64,000 nucleotides of DNA from Bacillota bacterium (GCA_029550965.1 JAKPGJ010000015.1:2139-66138); one strand, 5' to 3'; positions 48,762 to 57,550 are shown, counted from the stretch's first letter. Notes: a model not told the origin generated them from the letters alone. Translations and numbers: made by a program.

Positions 48762-49433
48762 TTAAACCGAAACTTTTAATAGTTTTTTTTCTTTGAGCGG
48801 TTCTTTGTCGCAAAGGAACACGCGGACGCCCGGTTTGCTGCCCAGCCGCTCAGCGGGATAAAAAAACGCGACCGCTTTTTCGGTGATATAGAAGCTGTTT
48901 TCCACAAAAAACTTCCGCAGCGCCTTTTTATACTCCTCCGTCGGAAGAACGCCGGTATTGCCTTCGGAAGCGAAGCGTTCCAAAAGAAACTCCTTCGCGC
49001 CGGGCGCGAAAATATCGTTGAAACCGTACATATACCCCTTGTCTTTGTTCCAGACCTGCGACGCTCTGAGATGGTTCTGCTCGCTTATGCCGTCGAACAC
49101 GCTGATATCGGTATAAATCGACAGGATGTTTTTGCTCTCGTACGAGCAGGTAAACTTCATCACCGCGCCGCAGGGGCGGAAACCTTCTTTGTCCGCCAGT
49201 TTTTTTGCCCTCTCAAACAGGTCGTTTTCCGCAAAGTGCAGAAAATTCTTCGCGCTGCGCTCGTAAAACGGCTGCGCGTTCTGCTTGAGCCTGCTTTTTT
49301 CCTTTAAATTAATCGACGGATAGGCGATGTTGACATGCACCAACACCCTTCCGTTCTCGTCGCAAAGGTCTTTTTTGATTGTCTCCTCCTGAATAACCGT
49401 CGTATCGTTTTTCAAAAAGAACATATCCTTCAT
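48762..49433 (-). CDS. Hypothetical protein (DUF3298/DUF4163-like, RsiV/PdaC-type fold suspected)
   Basis: 223-aa ORF with normal codon usage. The family call is by general resemblance only. Confidence 0.5.
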   Translation of the reverse strand: MKDMFFLKNDTTVIQEETIKKDLCDENGRVLVHVNIAYPSINLKEKSRLKQNAQPFYERSAKNFLHFAENDLFERAKKLADKEGFRPCGAVMKFTCSYESKNILSIYTDISVFDGISEQNHLRASQVWNKDKGYMYGFNDIFAPGAKEFLLERFASEGNTGVLPTEEYKKALRKFFVENSFYITEKAVAFFYPAERLGSKPGVRVFLCDKEPLKEKKLLKVSV

Positions 49434-49475
49434 TCCTTTCGTTCACGATATAAGGTTATTCTTGCGGGAGTTCTT

Positions 49476-50171
49476 TTATGACTGGTTCTGGTTCGCGTTC
49501 TCGTCGAGCAGATCCTTTCGCCAGAGAATGGTTTCCTTAATCGCGATGAGTTCGGCGGAAATCAGAACCGGCGCGATGAAGTTCAAAGCGATCGCGCGGA
49601 AGAAGGGCGAATCTATCAAAAAGAAGAAAACCGCGATGGACAGCGCGCTCATAAAGGCCGGAAATAGCTTATAAAAACGGCTGGGCCGCAGGTACAACAG
49701 CGACAGCGCGGTTGACGGCGGAGAAATAATGGATAAAAAGTACTGCTCGACGCTCTTTCCGACAACCGGATTATCGGCGGGTTTTCCGGCAATGACGTTG
49801 ATGAACGCCAGAAAAAGCAAGGCAAAAAAGACGGGCGAACACAGATGCTTAAACGCGGTCATACCGGTCCGGCTGCTGGTTCCGAACGCGATATAGATGC
49901 AGACAATCAGCAAAAGTCCGACTAAAATCCAGATGTTGACGCCCTTGATATAGTTTTTCTGCAGTTCTTTCAAGAAGAAAACGATATGCAGCGCGAACGA
50001 CAAAAGCAGCAGCGGAACAAACACGCGGATATCCTTGTTCTTTCTGAAATACACCGAAAACAGCGTCAAGTACGCGACGGTATACAAAACCTCAACGGCA
50101 AAAGTAACGGCGGTGAACTCGGATTTGATTAAAAAGGAAGCGGTCAGCACCGTTGTGCACAAGAAATACAT
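49476..50171 (-). CDS. Polytopic membrane protein immediately downstream of the GerA-family gene
   Basis: Start MYFLCTTVLTASF at 50171, 5 nt after the gerA-like stop. About 7 hydrophobic segments. It is much shorter than GerAB permeases (about 360 aa) and does not resemble them. Confidence 0.6.
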   Translation of the reverse strand: MYFLCTTVLTASFLIKSEFTAVTFAVEVLYTVAYLTLFSVYFRKNKDIRVFVPLLLLSFALHIVFFLKELQKNYIKGVNIWILVGLLLIVCIYIAFGTSSRTGMTAFKHLCSPVFFALLFLAFINVIAGKPADNPVVGKSVEQYFLSIISPPSTALSLLYLRPSRFYKLFPAFMSALSIAVFFFLIDSPFFRAIALNFIAPVLISAELIAIKETILWRKDLLDENANQNQS

Positions 50172-50175
50172 ACGC

Positions 50176-51585
50176 TTACAATTGTTCCTTTCTGCCAAGC
50201 GTTTTCTTCGGAGACGCGATGAGGAAGTCCTCCAGACCGGTTTTGTCGAACGGAGCAAGCGGGGTCATATACGAAGAACCGAAGCTGTCGGTCCGGCACA
50301 GCAGGAAAAGAAGCATCAGCGTTCCTAAAATAATGCCGTAAAAACCCAGCTTGAATCCCAAAAATAGAAACAATATCCTTAAAAGGACGGTCGAGTACAT
50401 ATACACCGGCACGATAAACGCGCAGACCGCTGCCAAAGCGATCGCGACAATGACAATCGGCGAAGCCAGTCCGGCGGAAATCGCCGCGTCGCCCAAAATC
50501 AGCGAGCCGACGATGCCGATCGCGTCGCCGACCGAACGGGGCATCCGCACGCCGACCTCTCGCAGCATCTCGAACATAATGAGAACAAACACGACTTCCC
50601 AGAACATCGAGTAGGGCATATCCGCGCGCATTTTTTGAATGGATTCGTACAGGGATTGCGGGATCAGCTCGTTATAAGAGGTAATCAGCGTGACCAGCAG
50701 CCCGGGCAGATACAGCGCGACCATCAACGCCGTAAAGCGGAGACAGCGTATAAAGGTCGCGTAAAACGTAGAACGGTAATAATCCTCCGAGGATTGAATG
50801 CTTTCCGCGAAAACGTACGGCGCCGTCAGCACAAACGGGCTTCCGTCCACAATAATGGCGACTCTGCCCGCCAGTATCTTGGACGCGACTTTGTCCACTT
50901 TTTCGCTGCTGCCCATAATCGGGAAAAACGGAAATTTGCGCTTGTCTATGAGCGTATTGATGTTCGCGGAATCCACAATGGCAGTAGCGTCGGCGTTTTT
51001 AATCTTGGTTTTGATGTTTTCGATTACATTCGGGTTCGCCCGCCCCTCCATATAGGCGATGACCACTTTGGTGTCGGTCAGGTTGCCGATGTTGACCGAC
51101 TCGAATTTCAGACTGGAATTTTTGATATACCGGCGCAGCTGCGCCATGTTGGTTTCGGCGTCCTCGATAAAACCGGCTTTGGGTCCTTTTACGGTAATGT
51201 CGCTGGTCGGCTCGTCTATGCTGCGCCCGACGCTGACCTGACAGTTTGTCATCACCGTGTACAGCGTGCCGTCCTTTTCGACGGCGATTAAGACCTCGCC
51301 TCGCAGGATGCCGTCCACGACTTCGTTGATGTCGGGCGGATATTTGACCGTGCTGCTCTGCAAAATGGTTTCGAAATTGCCGCTGAAACTGTTCAGCATA
51401 TCGGCATGGACAAGGAAGGGTTTTATCAGCTTTTCGCTGATATAGTCGCGCTGCGTGATGCCTTTGAAGAAGCAGAACATCACCGCGGTGTTGCCGGCGT
51501 TTATTTTTCGAATCAAAAAATCGTCGCAGTTCGCAAAAATTTGGGTTACTTTATTCTCAAGCTCGGTAAGCGTAGCTACGTCCAC
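50176..51585 (-). CDS. Spore germination protein, GerA (GerAA/SpoVAF) family
   Basis: Typical GerAA architecture: a soluble N-terminal domain (FLIRKI...DYISEKLIKPF) and a C-terminal TM bundle (...ILGDAAISAGLASPIVIVAIALAAV). Confidence 0.8.
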   Translation of the reverse strand: MDVATLTELENKVTQIFANCDDFLIRKINAGNTAVMFCFFKGITQRDYISEKLIKPFLVHADMLNSFSGNFETILQSSTVKYPPDINEVVDGILRGEVLIAVEKDGTLYTVMTNCQVSVGRSIDEPTSDITVKGPKAGFIEDAETNMAQLRRYIKNSSLKFESVNIGNLTDTKVVIAYMEGRANPNVIENIKTKIKNADATAIVDSANINTLIDKRKFPFFPIMGSSEKVDKVASKILAGRVAIIVDGSPFVLTAPYVFAESIQSSEDYYRSTFYATFIRCLRFTALMVALYLPGLLVTLITSYNELIPQSLYESIQKMRADMPYSMFWEVVFVLIMFEMLREVGVRMPRSVGDAIGIVGSLILGDAAISAGLASPIVIVAIALAAVCAFIVPVYMYSTVLLRILFLFLGFKLGFYGIILGTLMLLFLLCRTDSFGSSYMTPLAPFDKTGLEDFLIASPKKTLGRKEQL

Positions 51586-51758
51586 AGAACTTCCCCCTTA
51601 CGAGAACAAAACCGTAATTTTTGATTATTTTTCCCAAAAAAATGTTTTATTTTCCTTAAGGAAAAAATTATTAACCAGATTCTATTGACATAATGCGGTT
51701 TCAATTATATAATATAACCGAATTGTCGAAAAAAATCTGTCTGTCGGAGGATATTGCA

Positions 51759-53345
51759 ATGAAAGGAAGCAGCAAAAGCCGTTCCTTTATGGGGATATTG
51801 TTCTGCATCCCGCTGGCTTTTATTTTCTATTTTGCCATATCGTTTTCGTCGCAGAATATCTCGAAAGACAACGTAAAAACGGTCACGTTCACCGTGCCTG
51901 ACGGACAGCAATATACATACAGCGATCCGAACCAAATCGAGTTCTTCGTAAACGTGATTAAAAGCGCGCAGAACATCAATTCTGCGGTACGCGATATTTC
52001 CCAGGAAACGCCGGTCACGCTTCAGTTTGACCGCGGCGACCGCACCATCGCCTACGATTTGTATCTGCAGAACAATCTTTCCGGCTGCATGGCCGTCGAT
52101 TCGGATAACAAAATGTATATTTTAAGCTCCGACAGCGCTTCCGAACTGCTGATGCGGGCTGAGTTTCAGTTTGTTTACAAAAAAATAATGCTTCCGGAGC
52201 TGGCGATCCTTTCGGCGTCCGAAAGAACCGTTATTCCTCCGATTACCTACGACTGGCATTATAAAAAAGTGGACGGCAATCTTTACGCGGATAAAACCAG
52301 CGCCGTTTATAACGCCGAAACGACGAAGTTAGCCTGCATTCGTCCGAGCAGCGACAATAAAATCAGCTTTTCGATTACGCCGGACGACCTCGCCATCTCC
52401 TTCGCGACGGCGAACGGAACTTTGTCGGTCAGCGACCTGTCCTACATAAGTTTCGATAAGGATACCGAAATCGAGGTAACCATCACCGCAAAATGGTATC
52501 AGAACAGCAGCTTGAATTATTACGGCGAGGCTACCTACTCGTTCCCGCTTTTGTATGACCTGCCGGCGACCGTTACGCTTGAGAAGAAAACCTATAATCC
52601 GGGCGAAGTCGCCGTCATCGGCATTGAACACCTCAACAAGGACGAGGTTATCACTCTCGAAACCAAACTCAACACGCCCGGCATTGCCTGCTTTACGCAG
52701 GGCGATATTTCCTTTGCGCTGATTCCCATCTCTGCCGAGAACAAAGCCGGCGAATATACGCTGGATTTTATGCTGAGCGGCGTATCGTACAGCGAGAAAA
52801 TAACCGTCAAGGAAGCCGACGACGAAAAAACCGTGCTGAGCTTGGGCAGTAAAAGCGAGCAGGATATCACCGAAGACGCGATTCAAAAAACCGCCGAGAA
52901 GCTGGAGCAGGTGTTCACGAACCGCTGCGCCGAGGCGTACTACACTTTCGGAACGGCGTTTGTAAAACCCGTTGACGGAAACATACGCGCCAAATTCGGC
53001 AGCAAAGTGATTCTGAAAGACAACAATACCAAAAAGCTGCTGGGCGTCATGTTCTCCGCGGCCGAAGGGTCTGAGGTTACAGCGGCCCAGCGCGGAAAAG
53101 TCGTGCTTGCGGAATCGCTTCCGGCAACCGGGCTAACGGTGGTCATCGACCACGGATACGGAATTATGTCCTGCTACTATAACCTGCAGAGCGTTTCCGT
53201 CAGCGTCGGCGAAATTGTCAGCCAGAACGAAAAGATTGGACTTTCGGGAACAGCCGGCGAGGATGCCGCGCTTACCTTCGCGGTAAACGTAAACGGCGCC
53301 TTTGTGGATCCGGACCAGTTCCTCAGCATGATCCGAATTCCGTAA
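51759..53345 (+). CDS. Membrane-anchored protein with C-terminal degenerate LytM (peptidase M23) domain
   Basis: ATG at 51759 lies after GGAGGA. One N-terminal TM. The C-terminus has M23 topology (GLTVVIDHGYGIMSCYYNL...VGEIVSQNEKIGLSG...VNVNGAFVDP). The HxxxD motif is LLGVMF, and the HxH motif (PHLHFE) is AALTFA. Confidence 0.75.
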   Translation: MKGSSKSRSFMGILFCIPLAFIFYFAISFSSQNISKDNVKTVTFTVPDGQQYTYSDPNQIEFFVNVIKSAQNINSAVRDISQETPVTLQFDRGDRTIAYDLYLQNNLSGCMAVDSDNKMYILSSDSASELLMRAEFQFVYKKIMLPELAILSASERTVIPPITYDWHYKKVDGNLYADKTSAVYNAETTKLACIRPSSDNKISFSITPDDLAISFATANGTLSVSDLSYISFDKDTEIEVTITAKWYQNSSLNYYGEATYSFPLLYDLPATVTLEKKTYNPGEVAVIGIEHLNKDEVITLETKLNTPGIACFTQGDISFALIPISAENKAGEYTLDFMLSGVSYSEKITVKEADDEKTVLSLGSKSEQDITEDAIQKTAEKLEQVFTNRCAEAYYTFGTAFVKPVDGNIRAKFGSKVILKDNNTKKLLGVMFSAAEGSEVTAAQRGKVVLAESLPATGLTVVIDHGYGIMSCYYNLQSVSVSVGEIVSQNEKIGLSGTAGEDAALTFAVNVNGAFVDPDQFLSMIRIP

Positions 53346-53353
53346 AAAAGCAT

Positions 53354-53396
53354 AAAAAAACAACGGGGAAACGACAATATCGTTCCCCGTTTTTTA
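53354..53396. terminator. Bidirectional intrinsic terminator
   Basis: acggggaaacg-acaatat-cgttccccgt with flanking A and T runs. Confidence 0.85.
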
Positions 53397-53397
53397 T

Positions 53398-53853
53398 TTA
53401 CTTTTCGGCAAGCAGTTTTTTGAGCTCTTCCATAAAGTCGTTGATATCTTTGAACTGCCGGTAAACCGACGCAAAGCGGACGTACGCAACTTCGTCTATC
53501 ATTTTCAGCCGGCTCATGACCATTTCGCCGATTACGGAACTCGGCACTTCGCTCTGCAGCGAATTCTGGAGGGCAGATTCGATCTCGTTGACGATTGCCT
53601 CCATCTGGCCCCTCGTAACCTGCCGCTTGTCGCAGGCTCTGATGATGCTGTTTAGAATTTTATTTCTGTCAAAGCTCTCGCGGGATTTATCTTTTTTTAT
53701 GACTATAATCGGAACCGTTTCGATGGTTTCGTATGTAGTGAATCTCCTCTGACAGTTCAGGCACTCTCTTCTTCTGCGGATCGACGCGTTGTCCGCCGAC
53801 GGACGCGAGTCGATTACTTTGCTGTCAAGATGCCCGCATGAAGGACACTTCAT
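53398..53853 (-). CDS. nrdR: Transcriptional repressor NrdR
   Basis: [19 protein letters not shown]...[12 protein letters not shown] zinc ribbon plus an ATP-cone. Confidence 0.95.
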   Translation of the reverse strand: MKCPSCGHLDSKVIDSRPSADNASIRRRRECLNCQRRFTTYETIETVPIIVIKKDKSRESFDRNKILNSIIRACDKRQVTRGQMEAIVNEIESALQNSLQSEVPSSVIGEMVMSRLKMIDEVAYVRFASVYRQFKDINDFMEELKKLLAEK

Positions 53854-53960
53854 AATAACCTCCTGTGATGAAAAGAATTGTCAGCTCAATTTATAATTTA
53901 TCATATTTTCTTGCTTTTGTAAATAAAAAATCCAACTTTTGTTAGAAAGGAAAAATAAAA

Positions 53961-54173
53961 ATGAACAGAACCAAAAAAAGACGTCTTTCGTCATTCGCGT
54001 CGCATATCCTGATATGCTCGACCCTGCTGGCGACGGTTTTCTGCATCGGCTACATATCCACACTGGAATATATGAGCTATCTGTATAAATCGGCCTGCGA
54101 GTTTTACGTTCTCCTGCTTGCGGAAATCGTGTGCATGACCTGCTTCGCGGATTACATTTATAAGACAACATAA
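53961..54173 (+). CDS. Small hypothetical membrane protein (70 aa, basic N-terminus, two hydrophobic segments)
   Basis: GAAAGGAAAA RBS 9 nt upstream, and a terminator immediately downstream. No family recognised. Confidence 0.4.
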   Translation: MNRTKKRRLSSFASHILICSTLLATVFCIGYISTLEYMSYLYKSACEFYVLLLAEIVCMTCFADYIYKTT

Positions 54174-54207
54174 AAAAAGAGGTTTATTAAAAAACCTCTT
54201 TTTTTTA
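54172..54207. terminator. Bidirectional intrinsic terminator
   Basis: agaggttt-attaaa-aaacctct with an A-run before and a T-run after. Confidence 0.8.
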
Positions 54208-54747
54208 GATATTTAGCTGTTTTTTCCCGTATTCGATCAGCTTGTACAGCGGCCTGTACAAGACCAGCGTGAGCGTGAAGTTCGCCGCGCAGTGGATAAA
54301 ATCGAACTTCAGCCCGTCTATCCAGTACGCAACGGCCGCGCCCGCTCCGCTGATGAAAAAATAGGGTATCGCGCATAAGGCGCCGAACAAAAGCCCGAAT
54401 ACTCCGGCGACGACCGCCCATAAAACAGGGGACCTGTAATTTCTGAGCGGCAGCGCGGCCAATACCAGTACGCTCCAGATGTAGAGATAGTTAATCGTCC
54501 ATATCTCGAAGCCGTACAACGCCGTTTCCACAAACACAAAAACATAAACGGGAATAAACGCGCGCCATGCGAAAATGCAGGTATATACGACGATCAGAGT
54601 GGATACAATTTCGATATTCATCCGTATCGGATTTACTTCTTTGAAAACCACCATAATCGCCGCAAGCAGGGCGAACAGGATCAACTGCCTGAGTTTTGCG
54701 CCAGAACCGTTAGTATGTGGACAAGATGAGCTCAATGATATCACCAT
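54205..54747 (-). CDS. Small polytopic membrane protein, candidate ECF-type S-component for a corrinoid
   Basis: Second gene behind a cobalamin riboswitch. About 5-6 TM segments. The start is uncertain: ATG at 54747 overlaps the upstream gene, and there is an alternative TTG near 54684. The function is inferred from context only. Confidence 0.55.
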   Translation of the reverse strand: MVISLSSSCPHTNGSGAKLRQLILFALLAAIMVVFKEVNPIRMNIEIVSTLIVVYTCIFAWRAFIPVYVFVFVETALYGFEIWTINYLYIWSVLVLAALPLRNYRSPVLWAVVAGVFGLLFGALCAIPYFFISGAGAAVAYWIDGLKFDFIHCAANFTLTLVLYRPLYKLIEYGKKQLNI

Positions 54748-55102
54748 CCTTAATCGGCGTTGTATCCGCACCGGTTGTTGTCTGCTCACCGTTTTTTACA
54801 ATCTGCCACCATTCCCGCTTATCCTCGTTCGCGGTTCTGCCGTCCACAGCAGTGATGTAATAACCGTACCTTCCGCTTTCGCCGGCAATAAGATTTTTCT
54901 CATTGAGTGCGTCCAAAAGATATTCCGCGTCGGTTTTTATCTCGAACGTCTTAACGTTGTCGCCTTCTATTACTTTTACGATAATTTCCTTGCCGCCGCT
55001 TTCCGTATCCGGCCTTGAAAAATAATATACGGCGACGAAAACGCCAAGAAGCACAACCAGCGCCAGCACTGCAATCAGAACAATCTTTGTTTGCTTGTTC
55101 AT
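54710..55102 (-). CDS. DUF4430 domain protein (membrane-anchored, corrinoid-binding family context)
   Basis: N-terminal TM followed by a DUF4430-like pattern (...GYYITAVDG...WWQIVKNGE...IKDGDIIELI). First gene after the cobalamin riboswitch. Confidence 0.7.
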   Translation of the reverse strand: MNKQTKIVLIAVLALVVLLGVFVAVYYFSRPDTESGGKEIIVKVIEGDNVKTFEIKTDAEYLLDALNEKNLIAGESGRYGYYITAVDGRTANEDKREWWQIVKNGEQTTTGADTTPIKDGDIIELILSTY

Positions 55103-55169
55103 TTTGCTCCCCCCTTTCTTTGCTTATTTTTTTTAGGACACCTGCAAAGACCGGAGGTAATGAGCAAAG

Positions 55170-55400
55170 CAAACAAAGCCCTCGCTTCGGAGGGGAATTG
55201 TACCTTCGCCGATTACTCGCGGCTCTTTGTACGGTTTCGTCCGGGCAAGTCTTCTGACTTAAGCATCAAACACCGGCCGCAGTCTTCCCAGCGTGCGCCA
55301 GTGACATCATTGCGGCCGATTAGCTCTCACAGCGACGAGTTCGTGGGGGACTCTGCCCGGTAAAAAACCGAACATACACCCCGCTTCCTTTTTAAGCCGA
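55170..55400 (-). promoter_or_regulatory. Cobalamin riboswitch with putative terminator
   Basis: Minus strand reads AAAAGGAAGCGGGGUGUAUGUUCGG...CGCUGUGAG...GUCACUGGCGCACGCUGGGAAGACUG...UUAAGUCAGAAGACUUGCCCGG, with the B12 box at 55244-55260. This is followed by the hairpin ccctc-cgaagc-gaggg and a U-rich tract (55160-55195). Confidence 0.8.
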
Positions 55401-55441
55401 GCGTTTTATAAAACAGCCCGGCACCCAGACGCCTAAGTATT

Positions 55442-55487
55442 GAAAAAACCAACCGTTTTGCGGCGGTCTGCCGCAAACCGGCTGGTT
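55442..55487 (-). terminator. Intrinsic terminator after the kinase-like gene
   Basis: Minus strand ccggtttgcggc-aga-ccgccgcaaaacgg(ttgg) followed by tttttt. Confidence 0.8.
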
Positions 55488-55511
55488 CTATTATATCATA
55501 TGTTTATTGAT

Positions 55512-56588
55512 TTAATCAAGTATGTCCGCAAACTCGATATCAATCAGATTGTTGATCTCGTTTATTTTGGCTTCATTCGTCCTTACGGTAAAAACCGTAT
55601 TGTCCCCTTTCTCAACCGGAAGCGACATGGTAAACTGCAGACGCGACAAATCCGCTCCCGGTGCGGTGATGCTGAAGTTCCACAAATAATACTCGCACAG
55701 CGATTTTATCAGCAGCAGCTCGAAATACATCCATCCGTCGGGGTTATAAAAGCTTTCGGCCTCATACTCGCCCTCGCAGATAAATCTTGCGGTTTTTTCC
55801 GGCAGGATGGTGTCCGTCATGACGGAGAAGTATATTTTCTCGTTGATAACGTTGATATCCACCTGCAGTTTTCCGCTCTGCGAAATGCGGATCGCGTTGT
55901 AGATGATCAGGCACAGCAGCATGTTGAAATCCGGCTCGCAGATCATCGCGGTGAGCCTGCCGAACGTGTCGGCGTTATTGTTGAAGGTAATCTGAATGCC
56001 GAGCGGGCGCAGCGTGTCCCGCAGCGATGTAACGATCGAAGTAACAATCGACCCTACGTCGCAGACTTTCGTTTTTGTGTTTTTTACGCCGTTGATAATG
56101 CGCAGAAATTCGCTGATGTGCTGCTGCGACCGAATGATCCGATTGGATTTGTGCTTGATCAGCTCGGATATGCCTTTCTCGCCGTTTTCGACAGAAAGCG
56201 CGCTCATCTGACACAATATAGACTCCGTAAGGTCAGAATTGAGCTTGACAAGCTCGTGTATTCTGTTTTGCAAGGTCGCGGAAAGCGTCCGCAGTCCAAC
56301 AAGGCAGCAGTCTTCCCCTTTATACACGAACGCGCCGTATAAAGCGGGAAGCTCGATGCTGACCCTGATGGTTTCTCCTGTTTTCATCTGAACAATACGC
56401 CGGTAATCCGCTGTGGTAAGATGATTCTTAATGCACGAACCAAGTCTCAACGGAATGAGCCGGTTCAGGCAGAATGCGTTTTTGTAGCAAATCTTGTAGT
56501 CTTTGTCCAACAAAAGCGCCGGGTATGCCAGTTTGTCCGCGAGCGTTTTCATGTTCTCAATACTTCCGTTTCCGGTTAATTCCCGCAT
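55512..56588 (-). CDS. Cytoplasmic histidine-kinase-like protein with degenerate H-box and ATP-binding motifs
   Basis: ATG at 56588 lies 8 nt after GGGAGGGG. The N-terminal part is PAS-like and the middle is helical. The C-terminal part has a GHKL-like layout (N-box-like LIIYNAIRIS), but the DxGxG position reads TDTILP and the GxGLGL position reads DGWMYFEL. The opposite-strand 300-aa ORF has an Arg-rich antisense-type composition. Confidence 0.55.
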   Translation of the reverse strand: MRELTGNGSIENMKTLADKLAYPALLLDKDYKICYKNAFCLNRLIPLRLGSCIKNHLTTADYRRIVQMKTGETIRVSIELPALYGAFVYKGEDCCLVGLRTLSATLQNRIHELVKLNSDLTESILCQMSALSVENGEKGISELIKHKSNRIIRSQQHISEFLRIINGVKNTKTKVCDVGSIVTSIVTSLRDTLRPLGIQITFNNNADTFGRLTAMICEPDFNMLLCLIIYNAIRISQSGKLQVDINVINEKIYFSVMTDTILPEKTARFICEGEYEAESFYNPDGWMYFELLLIKSLCEYYLWNFSITAPGADLSRLQFTMSLPVEKGDNTVFTVRTNEAKINEINNLIDIEFADILD

Positions 56589-56696
56589 TTTTATCCCCTC
56601 CCTGTTGTAAAAAGCCATGATGCATGGGGTATTCCATTATTAGCATAACATACTTCCAGGCAAAAAACAATAGCTTTTCTGGGCAGGGGGATCCAT

Positions 56697-57533
56697 TTAG
56701 CGCAGGTCCGCTTCTTTCAGCAGCCTGCCTTCTTTTATAATCGCGTAGAGCTTTTCTTTGTTGCCTTCCCGAATGGCGTCCCGGTAAGCTGTGAGGTTGG
56801 CGATCAGCGTGTCGATCTCCCTGCACAGATTTTCGCCGTTATAGAGAAACAGCTCGCTCCACAGGTTTTCGTCCGCGGCGGCAACCCGAGAAACATCCAT
56901 AAAGCTGCCCGCGGAAAACCCTTTTCTTTCCCGGCAGGTGGGCGATTTTACATAAGCGCCGGCAAGCACATGGGGCAGCTGCGAAGTATAGGCGATGATC
57001 CGGTCGTGTTTCTCCGGGGTCGAAACCGTTACCCTGCCGGCCTTTAAAATCCGAATAAACTCCTGCATTACGAAGACGGCTCTTTCCGGCGTGTGTTCGG
57101 TCGGGGTAATGATATAGCTCGCCCCGACAAACAGCCCGGCGTCCGCGTTCGCATAGCCGCCTTTTTCCTTGCCCGCCATGGGATGCCCGCCGATGAAGGT
57201 CAAACCGTGCTGTGCGCATATCTTTTCGCATTCTAAAACGATATGCCTTTTTACGCCGCATACGTCCGTAACCACCGTTTCTTTCGAAAACCGCCCGCCG
57301 TTCTCCTGCAAAAATGCAACGGTCGCGTCGGGCGGGAACGCGATGATTGCGAGGTCTGCGCACAGCGGGCTTTGTTTGTCCCATATGCAGTCGATGGTTC
57401 CGTCCTTTAACGCCTGCTCGGCGACGCCGATGCTTCGGTTCCAGCCGATAACTTTGATATCCGAATTTTGCTTGACGGCTTTTGCGATCGACGCGCCGAT
57501 CAGCCCAAGCCCAAACACAGCGATGCTTTTCAA
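56697..57533 (-). CDS. tyrA: Prephenate dehydrogenase
   Basis: IAVFGLGLIGASIAKAV Rossmann motif and a TyrA-type body (GGHPMAGKE, SQLPHVLA). Confidence 0.9.
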   Translation of the reverse strand: MKSIAVFGLGLIGASIAKAVKQNSDIKVIGWNRSIGVAEQALKDGTIDCIWDKQSPLCADLAIIAFPPDATVAFLQENGGRFSKETVVTDVCGVKRHIVLECEKICAQHGLTFIGGHPMAGKEKGGYANADAGLFVGASYIITPTEHTPERAVFVMQEFIRILKAGRVTVSTPEKHDRIIAYTSQLPHVLAGAYVKSPTCRERKGFSAGSFMDVSRVAAADENLWSELFLYNGENLCREIDTLIANLTAYRDAIREGNKEKLYAIIKEGRLLKEADLR

Positions 57534-57550
57534 AATGCTGCCCCTTTCTG

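Noticed and set aside
54046-54058. DnaA-box-like ATATCCACA
   Set aside because: It is a single 8-of-9 match inside a small ORF, with no cluster of boxes and no dnaA/dnaN context. It is not an origin.
55440-56342. 300-aa plus-strand ORF overlapping the kinase-like gene
   Set aside because: The minus-strand frame has a strong RBS, its own terminator and a domain-like layout. The plus frame is Arg-rich and would start inside the minus-strand terminator.
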